A DNA stretch of 39,728 nt. It comes from Macrostomum lignano. Taxonomy: Eukaryota. The stretch is from contig NIVC01004643.1 in assembly GCA_002269645.1 (NCBI GenBank), forward strand, positions 1 to 39,728, given 5' to 3'. The notes beneath the pieces were generated by a model, which was given only the letters and a program-made list of their open reading frames with translations, was not told where the DNA came from and ran no database searches. Shown one piece after another: positions 11,579 through 22,558 of this stretch (the stretch's first letter is position 1; each line of letters begins with the position of its first letter). Both the position numbers and the translations under genes were made by a program.

Positions 11579-12940
11579 CACCCATCTCCAAAGCTGGCCG
11601 CTCAGAGCCGCCAGTCCGCGGGCCAGTTTCCATGCCAGCCAATGCCGAGCAGCCCCCAGCACTGATTATCAATTCAATTCTCATATCGAATTTCGCACGC
11701 GCGCGCAGCCGCGCAAAAGCCTAATTTTCGACTCGAACTCGCACAGAACTCGGCAAGGCCGGAGCCGCAAGGCGGGGAGTCGCAGACTGCGCAGATCGGC
11801 CTGCCAGGCAGTTGCGGGGACAGCCGGATTAGCAATAATTGCGCAAATTGATAGCGCATTGCTGTAAACACGGGCAAACAAACACAGGCCGCGAGCGCCG
11901 CCGCAGTCACAGAAAGGCGCTCCGGAAAATATCAGAGGGAAAGCAAAAATCATTCGCAGAGCAAAAGGAAGTTTTTAAGCCATAAAAAATGCCTACAGGC
12001 CGCAAGTGTTTACGCTGGCCTACCGCTGTTTCTCTGCGCATCGGCCTCCCCTTTCGCTGATTTTGGATCATCAATTGGCTGTAATCGCACATCGCGCCAG
12101 CGGCAGAGCTGCCTGCCGCAATCCAACATTTGCAAGCCCTTATCGCACAGATGCACGGATAGCCGCGGCTCGGACTGGGCCCGCTTTAATATAAAAATCT
12201 GAGGCTGTCTCTTTGCGTTGGCTGCAGCCGCGTCTGCTTTTTCTTCAATTGGCTTCTTCTATGATACATTACAGAGTGCTTGACTGCCGCAGAGTGCGCG
12301 AGTGCTTTTTCTTATCAGCCCCCCCCCACACCACTCGGGCACATACGAGCGGGCGAGCTCTCTGTGTGGTGCCATTTTTGCAACAAGCGGCTTTGAGGCA
12401 GGCCGAGCGGGATCGAGAGAGAGAGAGAGGGAGAGAGAGCAATCGCTATGTATGCAGGGGCTGCTGACAAATGCTTGCCTGCTGCTAACTAGCTGCTGCT
12501 GCTGCTGCTGCCGGCACTGCAATCAATCAGAGCAGCGCACCGCTGCTCTTATCTATTATTAAAGCACCAGTGCAGCGGCAGGCAAGAAGTCCTCGCTGAC
12601 GGGTTTATTGCTCGGTTTTTTAGCTGCACGCACCAACAAGCGCTTGGAGACTGCGGAGTTGGCAACCCCCCCCCCCCCCCCAGATATTCGACTCTATCGG
12701 ACTCTAACTGGCTACTGTGTGTAGCTGCACTCAACCCTGGCTTGAGTCTCTGGCTAAATGTGTGCTCAGCGAGCCAGGCTGACCTGAACTTGTTAATTAG
12801 CTACTTGTGCAGCAATCTGCTTCACCATGCCACACTGCAAGCATTTTTGGCTGTCGTGCAGGACTGTGGAGTGCAACATTCGATCGTGTAGCGCGAACTT
12901 ACTCGAACCAATTCACAGTGCACAGAAGCAATGCTACCAT

Positions 12941-13250
12941 AATAAAATAATAATTGGTTACACCTTGCCTCAATTGGGCCAGATGTAAAACCGACAGCTC
13001 AGCCGCAGCCATTGCGCGGCGCATCTGAAGGCTGCGTACGGCTGTTCAGTCCAAGGACTGGGGAGTCACCACACACACCCTCAATTACCCCCCCCCCCAG
13101 CTAATGCTGATACCCATTTTGCAGCTGGGTGAACTGAAGCAATGTAGAGTTAAGTGTCTTGCTCAAGGACACAAATTGTTCCGGTGGGATCGGGAATCGA
13201 ACCCCTGCCCTTCAAGTCGTGAGTCCCACGCTCTAACCACTAGGCTACAA
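12941..13250 (-). mobile_element. tRNA-derived CORE-type SINE, near full length
   Basis: On the minus strand: A box TAGCCTAGTGG, B box GGTTCGATTCC, then GTGTCCTTGAGCAAGACACTTAACTCT...GCAAAATGGG, similar to the MIR/CORE domain, and a (TTA)n-like tail. Closely similar copy at 15051-15340. Confidence 0.8.
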
Positions 13251-13897
13251 CCCCCAAACAGCAAAACCACAAGAACTCCAGAAGCAATTCCATAAATCGA
13301 GGTGCCCCCAGAAGTCTACCTAGGATAAAACTTGATGCAATTTTAACTGCACGAGAGCACATCTGGCACCGCAAATTGGCAGACTGGCATTTTGGCAGGC
13401 CCTCAATGCCGGCATAAACAAGCTGCAAACCGTAGCTCGTATAGACAGACAAACACAAGGTCTGTCTGTGCTGAATAAAACAGTGCAGAGAGAAGGAAGT
13501 TCAAAGCTTTTTGTTCTCGATTCTTCCTATCACAGCGACCGGAATCGGGAACTTCGATCTCGATACCACCGTCTGGGGCACCGGCTCCCAGACCTGTGCT
13601 GGCCCCCGAATTCGCCCACATTCTGGACAGTTTACAGTTCAGCCGGGCTGGTGGTGAACCAGTTTCTGGAGACCGAATTCTGCACGGATCCCCCTGAGCT
13701 CGTTGTACACTCCTGCATTGCGGCGGTCTGGCGCGAGTCACTGACCCCCCCCCCCGGAGACCCCAATCGCAATGCGCTATTATTGTGCCTCTCGTAGAGA
13801 AAATTTACAAATTTACGACCCGAACCCCCGTCACAGTATTGCATATAAACAAATGCCTGCTATATACAGCTTCGATTTCGATTGACGATCGAGCATC

Positions 13898-14849
13898 TTG
13901 ACTTACTTGACTTAGCTGCAGGGGGCGTCCGGCGGATGCAGCGAGGAGGCGGAGGAGACCGCCCATTCCGCTAGCCCCTGGCGACCAACGACTTCCGTTG
14001 AAGTGGTGTCGCTCAGGGGGACCCGTCGGTCTCGCCTGCAGCGCGGTCCTCCTCACCGACGGTGGGGAAGAAATCAGCTCGTCCGGTGTCCCTGAGGTAC
14101 CGGGCGAGCAGTGGGATGCTCTCGGGCCTGCAAACGTCGGAGAGAACCGGGTTTGGCCCGAGGTGAGTAAGCCTGGCCCTGGTGAAAACCGGGCAGTGGC
14201 AGATAAAATGCTCGGCGTTTTCACTGCCTGAGCGGCAGAAGGGGCACCGCTCCTCGGGTACTTGGCCCTGAAGGAAGCGGTGGCGAGAGAAGCAGCCATG
14301 CCCGGAGAGGGCCATGCTAACTGCTCTGAGGTCTCTGCGGTTGAGCCTGAGGAGGGCTCTACGCAGGAGAGGAGAGGGACAGGGGACGGCAGCACGGGAT
14401 TGCCTACAATTCCGGGTGTCGTGCCACCTGCGGAGATGCTCGGAGTCAGCCCAGCGCTTAACGCGGGAATTGATCACCGAGGCGGGGATGGGGGCACCCG
14501 GGCCCGGCCCCAATAGCGCGCCGGCGGAGCCAGCCTTGGCCAGCAGGTCAGCGCGCTCGTTGCCGAGGAAGCCGGCGTGGCCCGGGATCCATCTGAGCTC
14601 CACCTGGTTGCCTAGCGCAAGCCCGTTGAGCTGGGTGTTGCAGTCCAGGACGGACCTGGAGCTGGCGGTGCTGCGGCAGAGGGCCCGAAGGGCTGCTTGG
14701 CTGTCAGAGTGAAAAATAAATTTCCGGCCGCTAAGCTGCCTTCGGCGCAGCTCTGCCGCGCAGGAGCTGATGGCAAGCACCTCGCTCTGAAAAACACTGG
14801 AGTTGAGCCCAGTGTGCTGGGAGTAGCTCCACACCACTTCTCCCTTGAA
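13898..14849 (-). mobile_element. 5'-truncated non-LTR retrotransposon (RNase H-bearing LINE, I/R1/Tad/Loa-like group)
   Basis: 6-bp TSD AGCATC at 13892-13897 and 14850-14855. 3' tail (TAAGTCAAG)2. Contains the RNase H and zinc-knuckle end of ORF2. Confidence 0.85.
14013..14849 (-). pseudogene. ORF2 C-terminal fragment: non-LTR RNase H plus CCHC knuckle, 278 codons without stops
   Basis: SVFQSEVLAI, HSDSQAAL, WIPGHAGFLGNERADLLAK and C-x2-C-x8-H-x4-C (CPFCRSGSENAEHFICHC). The first catalytic Asp is lost by truncation; the ORF track's first 20 aa come from flanking DNA. Confidence 0.85.
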
Positions 14850-15050
14850 AGCATCAGGCTCGACTCGATTGCGCTTCAGCCTCTTGCGAGCATAAGTGGC
14901 TAGCAACAATTATTGGCAGTGCAGCAATGTTGCCCATCAGAGGGACTGGATTCATGCACGCCTGGATAATCCTACTTTAATGTGTATTTATTTCGATCTA
15001 AGCTAGACAGTAAAAGCATTCGAAAACTTATACAGGATTAAAGATAGGTA

Positions 15051-15340
15051 ATGATAATAATAATTGATTGCACCTGCCCCAGTTGGGCCAGATGTGCAAC
15101 CGACAGCTCAGCCGCAGCTATTGCACGGCACACCTGAAGGCTGCGGACGGCTGTTCAGTCCAAGGACTGGGGGGGGGGGTCGCCGCACACCCTCAATTAT
15201 CCCAGCTAATGCTGGGTGAACTGAAGCAATGCAGAGTTAAGTGTCTTGCTCAATCAAGGACACAAATTGTTCCGAGTTGGTCGATAATCGAACCCCCAAC
15301 CTTTCAGCCGCGAGTCCGACGCTCTGATCACTAGGCTACA
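15051..15340 (-). mobile_element. tRNA-derived CORE-type SINE, second copy
   Basis: Colinear with 12941-13250 (cgacagctcagccgcagc, ggctgttcagtccaaggactg, gagttaagtgtcttgctcaa, ctaggctaca). Confidence 0.8.
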
Positions 15341-15981
15341 AGGATTCCCGGCTCTTAATAAGCGAAATTTAGGCTGCTTCATTCGTTTAAATACACCCAA
15401 CTCGGATAAACTCTGACACCTGTGAATTCGAGACGATTGCTCACTTTTCCTCCCTGAGAAAATCGGATTAGCAAGCAACCGATGCAGATGAACATTCGCC
15501 TCGAAAATCAATAAATCTCCCCGCGGCCAAACCCCGCCAAAGATCTTCGCGCGGCAATCGCGGAATCGAATAATTTATGGACTCGATTGCGAGGGCCCCG
15601 AACTCGGTCGGGCCCTGCAATTTTATGGCGCGGTGCGCGGCTCAAAGCCAGCCACTCAGTCAGAAAAACGACTCCCCAGCGGCTGCCGCATCATGAGCAG
15701 ATGGAGCAGCTCGGGCAGCAGATGGGATCATTACAAATTATGACCGCCATCACCTCGGCTGGGAGGTCATGAAAACGCCGAGCTCGGTGCACTCAAGCAC
15801 CTGGCTCTCCGCACTGCTCAGAGAGTGAGCATTGCGCTTTATAGCGCAAGGAGCTCACAAATGGCGCATAAAATATGAAAGAAATGATGGGGATCGGATG
15901 CTGTTCCGTGACTCATCCCGTCAAATCCCCCAACCTGAGTGCCCGCGTTTTCGGATAAATCCAGCGAATCTTTAGCGATCA

Positions 15982-16066
15982 GACTCGCTTAGCCAGTGAA
16001 TGGGACAGCAACAAACTCGCTTAGCCAGTGAATGGGACAGCAACAGACTCGCTTAGCCAGTGAATG
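15982..16066. repeat. 32-bp tandem repeat, ~2.7 copies
   Basis: Unit gactcgcttagccagtgaatgggacagcaaca. Confidence 0.85.
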
Positions 16067-16510
16067 GATTTCAGTAAAACATACGTACGTATTGAGCCCT
16101 ACAATTAATGGCCCAGCAACACAACAGCGAATTTTCTGTATTTACGAATCAATTATATTAAGCAGGAGACAGGCGCGCAACATTTGAGTATAATAGAAAT
16201 TTTCGGCTACACAAAAAGAGCAAAAATGCTTTTGAAGCACAGCACAGGACATTTGTTGAGTCGCATAGCATTTGAATGAATTGTAATAGTAATTTAGCAT
16301 AGCATTGCCCAAGTATTCATTCTTAACCAAGGTGTAATTTAAACCATCTAGACGGTCAAATGTTTGTCTCCATTGCCCCATTGTGCCAATTTGACAAGTG
16401 ACAATTTGTCCAGCATTTCTTGCCCCTGTATTGGGCCTTCAATTCTACATGACTAAATTCCTACATTATTTTGGGAATCGGTTGTTACCGATGAACAGGT
16501 AAATGAACAG

Positions 16511-16650
16511 GATGCTAATTATAGAACTCCCTGCTAAATTCGGAGAGACGGTAGTAGTCTATGGTGAAAAGCCAGGCTCAGATGCTAATTTTAGAACTCC
16601 CTGCTGGATTCGGAGAGACGGTAGTAGTTTATGGTGAAAAGCCAGGCTTA
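16511..16650. repeat. 70-bp tandem duplication, 2 copies
   Basis: gatgctaatt...gaaaagccaggct at 16511 and 16581. Confidence 0.85.
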
Positions 16651-16776
16651 GATGAGGCAAGATATGCTATAGTAAACAACCTAATGAAGTGCACACGGTT
16701 AACTTAAACCAGTCAATGTTCAGTCCCTATGATGAAACTTCTGAGACTCTCTGCTCAGAGTGAGCTAGCAGACAGC

Positions 16777-17088
16777 TCACATGCCATCAGACTGCTTGCG
16801 CAGCAGCACGTACAGGCGCTCCTTGATCCAGTCTTTGTTGTGGGGCACGTAGGTTCCGCTGGGCCGGTTGAGCACAAGGCAGCTGAGGTCGCCCAGGCTT
16901 TCAATGAAATCAAACAGCTGGGCAATGTCATACGTGATGGTGGGCGCCTGCGGGTTGCTCGTCTTCAGGTGCTCCTCAAAGACGCGGCAAACGCCGTCCA
17001 GACAGGCTTCGATGCTGTCGTAGTCGGCCCAGATGCGACCGTCCAGATAGCGAAGGTCGGGCTGGATGAGCAGGATGGAGTGCGACAT
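16777..17088 (-). CDS. ERH: Enhancer of rudimentary homolog, 103 aa, intronless CDS
   Basis: MSHSILLIQP...GRIWADYDS..ITYDIAQLFDFI..LGDLSCLV...YVPHNKDWIKERLYVLLRKQ matches the ERH family along its whole length. Start is the ATG at 17088 (gcagccgccATGT), not the ORF track's 17136. Confidence 0.96.
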   Translation of the reverse strand: MSHSILLIQPDLRYLDGRIWADYDSIEACLDGVCRVFEEHLKTSNPQAPTITYDIAQLFDFIESLGDLSCLVLNRPSGTYVPHNKDWIKERLYVLLRKQSDGM

Positions 17089-17117
17089 GGCGGCTGCGGG
17101 CGGCAACGGGGGATCGG

Positions 17118-17345
17118 CTGCAGTTGGAGGCGGCAAGGTTACAGGGGACTGACCCGATTGCTGCAGTTGGAGCCGGCAAGGCTACAGGGGACTGACCCGA
17201 TTGCTGCAGTTGGAGCCGGCAAGGTTACAGGGGACTGACCCGATTGCTGCAGTTGGAGCCGGCAAGGTTACAGGGGACTGACCCGATTGCTGCAGTTGGA
17301 GCCGGCAAGGCTACAGGGGACTGACCCGATTGCTGCAGTTGGAGG
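17118..17345. repeat. 43-bp minisatellite, ~5.3 copies, immediately upstream of ERH
   Basis: ctgcagttggag starts at 17118, 17161, 17204, 17247, 17290 and 17333. Confidence 0.95.
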
Positions 17346-17715
17346 CTAACAGTTTGATCTGGCATCATTCCACACTACTAAAAGTAGCATTTGCGGGGAG
17401 TTCAAGGACAAAAATTTTGTTACTACCGAAAATCCCATTTCAATAGCACACAATTATGGTCATGTTTGTATTTCAGGTGAGCTGGATGAGCAGAAAAAAA
17501 TGTTGCAAATATGAATAGCGCTGACTGAATGATGAGCACTGTACAAAAGTTTAGCTATGCCAGCCCAGATTCCCACCCACTTCAAGCCTTTGAGTTTGAG
17601 GCTGGAACACACTAAATAGCAATTTACATGTTCACCGGGCAAACATTGTTACATTTTGTTGATAATAAAAACAATAACATGCAATTTCCCCTTCCAAGCA
17701 CTCTATTATTAAGGC

Positions 17716-17768
17716 GACGAGGCATTTAGCGATGTAAAAACTGGCTAGTTACTCCCCCGTTTACCCGC
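17716..17768 (-). other. Degenerate 28S rRNA-derived fragment covering the R2/I-PpoI target region
   Basis: Minus strand GCGGGTAAACGG-GGGAGTAACTA[GCCAGTTTTTACATCGCT]AAATGCCTCGTC versus conserved 28S GCGGGTAAACGGCGGGAGTAACTA[TGACTCTCTTAAGGTAGCC]AAATGCCTCGTC (reference recalled from memory). Confidence 0.75.
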
Positions 17769-17785
17769 AAGCCCAACAAACAGAG

Positions 17786-20568
17786 TTACACATAAAGGTC
17801 AAAGTCAATCCTGGCGGACGAGTAAAACGGCGCGTCCGGAGCGGCGTCCCGTTTCCGAACAAAGACTGTCCGGTGGCCGCCCGGCCAGCCCGTGTCCGAC
17901 TCCGCCCACTCCAGCATCCGCTGCGAGCTGAACGGCCCCATCAGTTCGGCATTCGGATCGTCAGAAACTCGATAGTACCAGAACACCCCGCCCTCCTCGG
18001 CCATCTCGGAGTCTTTGTTCTCGGTCTTTGTCTGGTCGTCTTTGTTATTGGTATCGGCGGGTCCGCCAGTTGGCTCGTCCTCCGCAAACATGTCGACGCC
18101 GCCTGCGGATTGCGATAGAGGTCAGGGGTTCCGGTGTCAGCTGTGTCTGATCTACATGGGTGCCAGTGTCAGCTGTGCCTGATCTACATGGGTGCCAGAG
18201 TCAGCTGTGCCTGATCCCCCAGGGGTGCCGGTGTCAGCTGTGCCTGATCCCCAGGGGTGCCAGAGTCAGCTGTGCCTGATCTACAGGGGTGCCGGTGTCA
18301 GCTGTGTCTGATCTAAATGGGTGCCGGTGTCATCTGTGCCTGATCCCCAGGGGCGCCAGTGTCAGCTGTGCCTGATCCCCAGGGGTGCCGGTGTCAGCTG
18401 TGCCTGATCTACAGGGGTGCCGGTGTCAGCTGTGCCTGATCTACATGGGTGCCAGAGTCAGCTGTGTCTGATCTAAATGGGTGCCGGTGTCAGCTGTGCC
18501 TGTCCCTGATCCCCAGGGGTGCCGGTGTCAGCTGTGCCTGATCCCCAGGGGTGCCGGTGTCAGCTGTGCCTGATCTACATGGGTGCCAGAGTCAGCTGTG
18601 CCTGATCTACAGGGGTGCCAGAGTCAGCTGTGCCTGATCTACAGGGGTGCCAGAGTCAGCTGTGCCTGATCTACAGGGGTGCCAGAGTCAGCTGTGCCTG
18701 ATCTAAATGGGTGCCAGAGTCAGCTGTGCCTGATCTACAGGGGTGCCAGAGTCAGCTGTGCCTGATCTAAATGGGTGCCGGTGTCAGCTGTGCCTGTCCC
18801 TGATCCCCAGGGTGCCGGTGTCAGCTGTGCCTGTCCCTGATCCCCAGGGGTGCCGGTGTCAGCTGTGCCTGATCCCCAGGGGTGCCAGAGTCAGGCTTAT
18901 TTTACCTGTCGTAGCCGCGGCCGCCTCGGCGTCGCCGACCCCGCCCAGCCTGGCAAGCTGCCCGGCGTCCATCTGGTAGGCGGTCATGTGACCCGCGGAC
19001 ACGAGCCGGCCGGCCAGATCGGACAGCGTTAGCATCCGCTCGCGATTGGCCGCGGCGGCGGCCGCCTCCTCCTTAGATGTTCCGGCGGCGCCGCCCGCCT
19101 TCTTCAAGCGCAGGCGCTGCGAGGCGCTCAGCGCCCGATTGGCGCCGCCGCCGAGCCGCTTGATGGCGCCGGCCACGGTCTCGCCGGGCTGGAGGAAGCC
19201 GCGGACGGCCGCGCACAGGTCGGCCAGCTGCGAGAGTCCGAGCTCGTCCGAGCCGCTGTCCGAGTCGCCGCCGCCGTCCGGGTCGCTGTCTTCGTTGTCC
19301 TTGTCGCTGCTGGCGTCCTTCTTAGCGGCGGAGGAGGACGCGGCTGTCGGCGCGGCCTTGCGCTTGACGGACTCCCAGTCCACGGACTCGAGCCAGCTGT
19401 CGTGGATCTCCTTGTCCTGAGGGGAGAGAGAATGGGGGATATATAATGGCTTCATTTAATGGGCCGCTGCATCCTGCATGCTTCAGTGCTGAGTGTAAGT
19501 CAGCGGTCGCTCTGAATTAGCCCGGATTAGTGAGGAGACAAGCAGCTGACCCCTGAACACGCACACGCTCACACAAGGTGTACAGCGGCTGACTTTCTAC
19601 GAAGTACGCAGAGTCCGAATCCATCTGACCGTGCAAGGAATCGAACTTTAGGGAACCACATCAGGGAACCAATGCGCAGTCAGATGCATGACCGCAGTTA
19701 CTTACTTAGCCCTAGTTCCTGCAGAACACAATGGTAATACAGCGGCCCCAAGAGAACTAATTGGTCCTACAGCGACCCCTAGAGAACTCAATGGTCCTAC
19801 AGCGGCCCCTAGAGAACCCATTGGTCCTACAGCGGCACCTAGAGAACTCAATGGTCCTACACCGGCCCCTAGAGAACCCATTGGTCCTACAGCGGCCCCT
19901 AGAGAACTCAATGGTCCTACAGCGACCCCTAGAGAACTCAATGGTCCCACAGCGACCCCTAGAGAACTCAATGGTCCTACAGCGGCCCCTAGAGAACAAA
20001 ATGGTCCTACAGCGGCCCCTAGAGAACTCAATGGTCCTACAGCGACCCCTAGAGAACTCAATGGTCCCACAGCGACCCCTAGAGAACTCAATGGTCCTAC
20101 AGCGGCCCCTAGAGAACAAAATGGTCCTACAGCGGCCCCTAGAGAACTCAATGGTCCTACAGCGGCCCCTAGAAAACCCATTGGTCCTACAGCGATCCCT
20201 AGAGAACTCAATGGTCCTACAGCAGCCCCCGTAGAACCGGATGGCCCTTCAGCCTCCCAGCGCACCTCCTTGTTGAAGATGTAGCAGCCAGCCGAGTCGA
20301 AGTAGCCCTCGCGCATTTCCTCCCGCATGTTGAACGGCGTGATGGCAATGCCGTCATCATTAGTGATGGTGGCCTCCTCCTGGCCCTCAATGTCCTCTTC
20401 CCGCAGGCGGTCGGGCTCCTCGCCTTTGCCAGCCGCCGACTCGTCGCCGTCCTCCTCGTCGCTGTCCAGCGTGTGGCGGCTGCCAGCCGGCCGCCTGGGC
20501 GGCGGCTCCTCGGCAACAACGGCGGCCTCGGCAAAGCGGACTCGCTTGGCAGGTGGGGGAGACGACAT
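17786..20568 (-). CDS. CD2BP2: CD2 antigen cytoplasmic tail-binding protein 2 (U5-52K/Lin1 homolog); join of 20568..20266, 19416..18906, 18102..17786; 376 aa
   Basis: Motifs HTLDSDEED, ITPFNMREEMREGYFDSAGCY, IHDSWLESVDW, ETVAGAIKRLGG, DMFAED and C-terminal FYSSARIDFDLYV. GT-AG introns of phase 0 and phase 1 join in frame. Confidence 0.93.
18128..18893. repeat. 32-bp minisatellite (~24 copies) filling CD2BP2 intron 2
   Basis: Unit gtcagctgtgcctgatctacaggggtgccaga. Confidence 0.95.
19733..20225. repeat. 30-bp minisatellite (~16 copies) in CD2BP2 intron 1
   Basis: Unit ggtcctacagcggcccctagagaactcaat. A 4-unit block repeats at a 120-bp offset (19981/20101). Confidence 0.95.
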
Positions 20569-21978
20569 CGCCGGAGCTCAGGGGTCTCGGAATCGGGCAA
20601 TGAAAAGCTGGAAATGCAGGCAATAATTTCGCAAATAGAAGGCAATTAATTAGTCGCAGAGGTAAGGTACCACATACACCAAGGTATTATTATATGTATG
20701 AATAATAAAATAGACCTTTATGAAAAAATGAATATCTACACGTAGCTATGCTTATCCTGAGACTATAGAATTGTAATTTGATGATGTAAACAAAAGGGCA
20801 TGTCAACTTAAGCTCATAAAGTGGAGCCTGAGTAACCTATGTACACAAATGATACATCATTCTGCTCACAGTAACACCAGGAGCTGGATTTGACAAAAAG
20901 ATTTACAAAAATTGGACCTGGGATAGGAGAGAACAAGTAAGGGGACAATTAGCGACTATTATATAAACTTAAGCTCATAAGGTGGAGTCACACTTGGCAC
21001 AGTGCTTAGAATCCATGTCAAAATGTCAAAAGTTAACAAAGTTATTTTGTATGCTTTGCATAGCAGTGCTATTTTATTGGAATGCTACCACTGCTAGAGC
21101 AATGCAGAGTGCCAAAAAGATTTTTGTTGTTGCAACACCTCCCAGGCCCCCAGTGCATACTTAATAACCCCTAGACATAGCCCATGTACCTTGGAGAGTG
21201 ACCCCTAGGCATATTTTTGCTGGACCCTTGATATGCATCTGTGCAATTTTAGAATTTATTCCAATAGGGCATGCTAGTTAACACATACTTTCTCTACATG
21301 GCCTTGCAGCTTAGCTTAAGCTTCAATTTTCATATTGGCAAGCTAGTTACTTAATGATAAACTATAGCATAGTGAGGCTTGGGATATGAATTTGTTTTCT
21401 AACACAATTTTGGAACAGCAATTTTTGGTTGTTTAAAATTCAATTATTGCATTTCTTTGGCTCCCTAATAGGGGGCGTAGATTGCTAGTTGTGTTAGCTA
21501 AACTCTTGCACATTTGATAAATTATAACTAGTCTAAGAATAAAAAATATATATCCTAATCCAAACACCATATAAAACTAATAAGACTATATAACAAACTA
21601 CATATTAAGCATTTTATTATATAAATGGTCCATTATAGACTATTTACGAATTAAAAGATGGGCTTATAGATACAAATGCAAAGGATTATGATATTGCAAA
21701 AAAATATTTCTGACAAACAAAAGTCTCATAAATAATAGTTTAATTTCCTTATATAATAATTTATTTTATTTGTTACTTCTATAATTAAATAGATAAAGTA
21801 TAGTATAGCATAGTAGTATATATTTTGCCTTTTGTTAGTTGCCTAGACCTATAGGCTTACCCTATAGTAAGAAGGTAGCCTTAGCCATAGAAAATCAATC
21901 TTCCTTTTCACTCAATCTTCCATAATGCTGCTCTAGTTTTATCAATCTTCTTCAAATTTGAAAGACAATCTTTAACTA

Positions 21979-22558
21979 CAAGGGGTGTCCCAACAGTCGG
22001 TGCACTTTTTTCACTACAGCCTTTTCTGAATGATCAGAAATATTAAGTCTGTTGCAGTTGAAAAGAGAATTATCTGCCCATTAAAATGACTTTCTGTTTA
22101 CTTCTGTATCTGCTGGCATTCTTGAGATATGAGCACTTTTCTGCCCCACCCCCTGTGCTACTTTACGAATTGCCATAGACCAAAGCTTTGTACCTGCGGA
22201 CAGAAGTGTGCAGCGCACCCAGTGGTGACTATGTGGAGAAGCCTCAGGACAATGTTGATTAACTTTTAACTGTTCTTTCCTCAGCTTTCATGTTGCAGAT
22301 GTTTTGTTGATTTGTTGAATGTTTTGTTGTTTGGTGCATCAGGTACAAAGCTTTGGTCTATGGCAATTTGTAAAAGTAGCACAGGGGGTGGGGCAGAAAA
22401 GTGCTCATATCTCAAGAATGCCAGCAGATACAGAAATAAACAGAAAGTCATTTTAATGGGCAGATAATTCTCTTTTTAACTGCAACAGACTTAATATTTC
22501 TGATCAGTCAGAAAAGGCTTTAGTAAAGAAAGTGCACCAACTTTTGGGACACCCCTTG
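21979..22558. mobile_element. 580-bp Tc1/mariner-like MITE with ~218-bp TIRs
   Basis: Left arm 21979-22196 (caaggggtgtccca...gtacctg) is the near-perfect reverse complement of right arm 22340-22558. TA on both sides (21977-78, 22559-60). No coding capacity. Confidence 0.9.

Noticed and set aside
13180-13250. tRNA-like sequence with A and B boxes
   Set aside because: No properly paired anticodon or acceptor stems, and it is followed by a SINE body shared with another copy.
13590-13730. WPPNSP motif suggesting a Tc1/mariner transposase
   Set aside because: The following DLNP..W and the DDE residues are absent, and there are no TIRs.
19688-20284. Repetitive ORFs (GPTAAPRELN)n and the 288-aa read-through of CD2BP2 exon 1
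   Set aside because: Splicing at GAG|gtgcgc (20266) gives the conserved FNKE-DKEIHDSWL junction, so the repeat is intronic.
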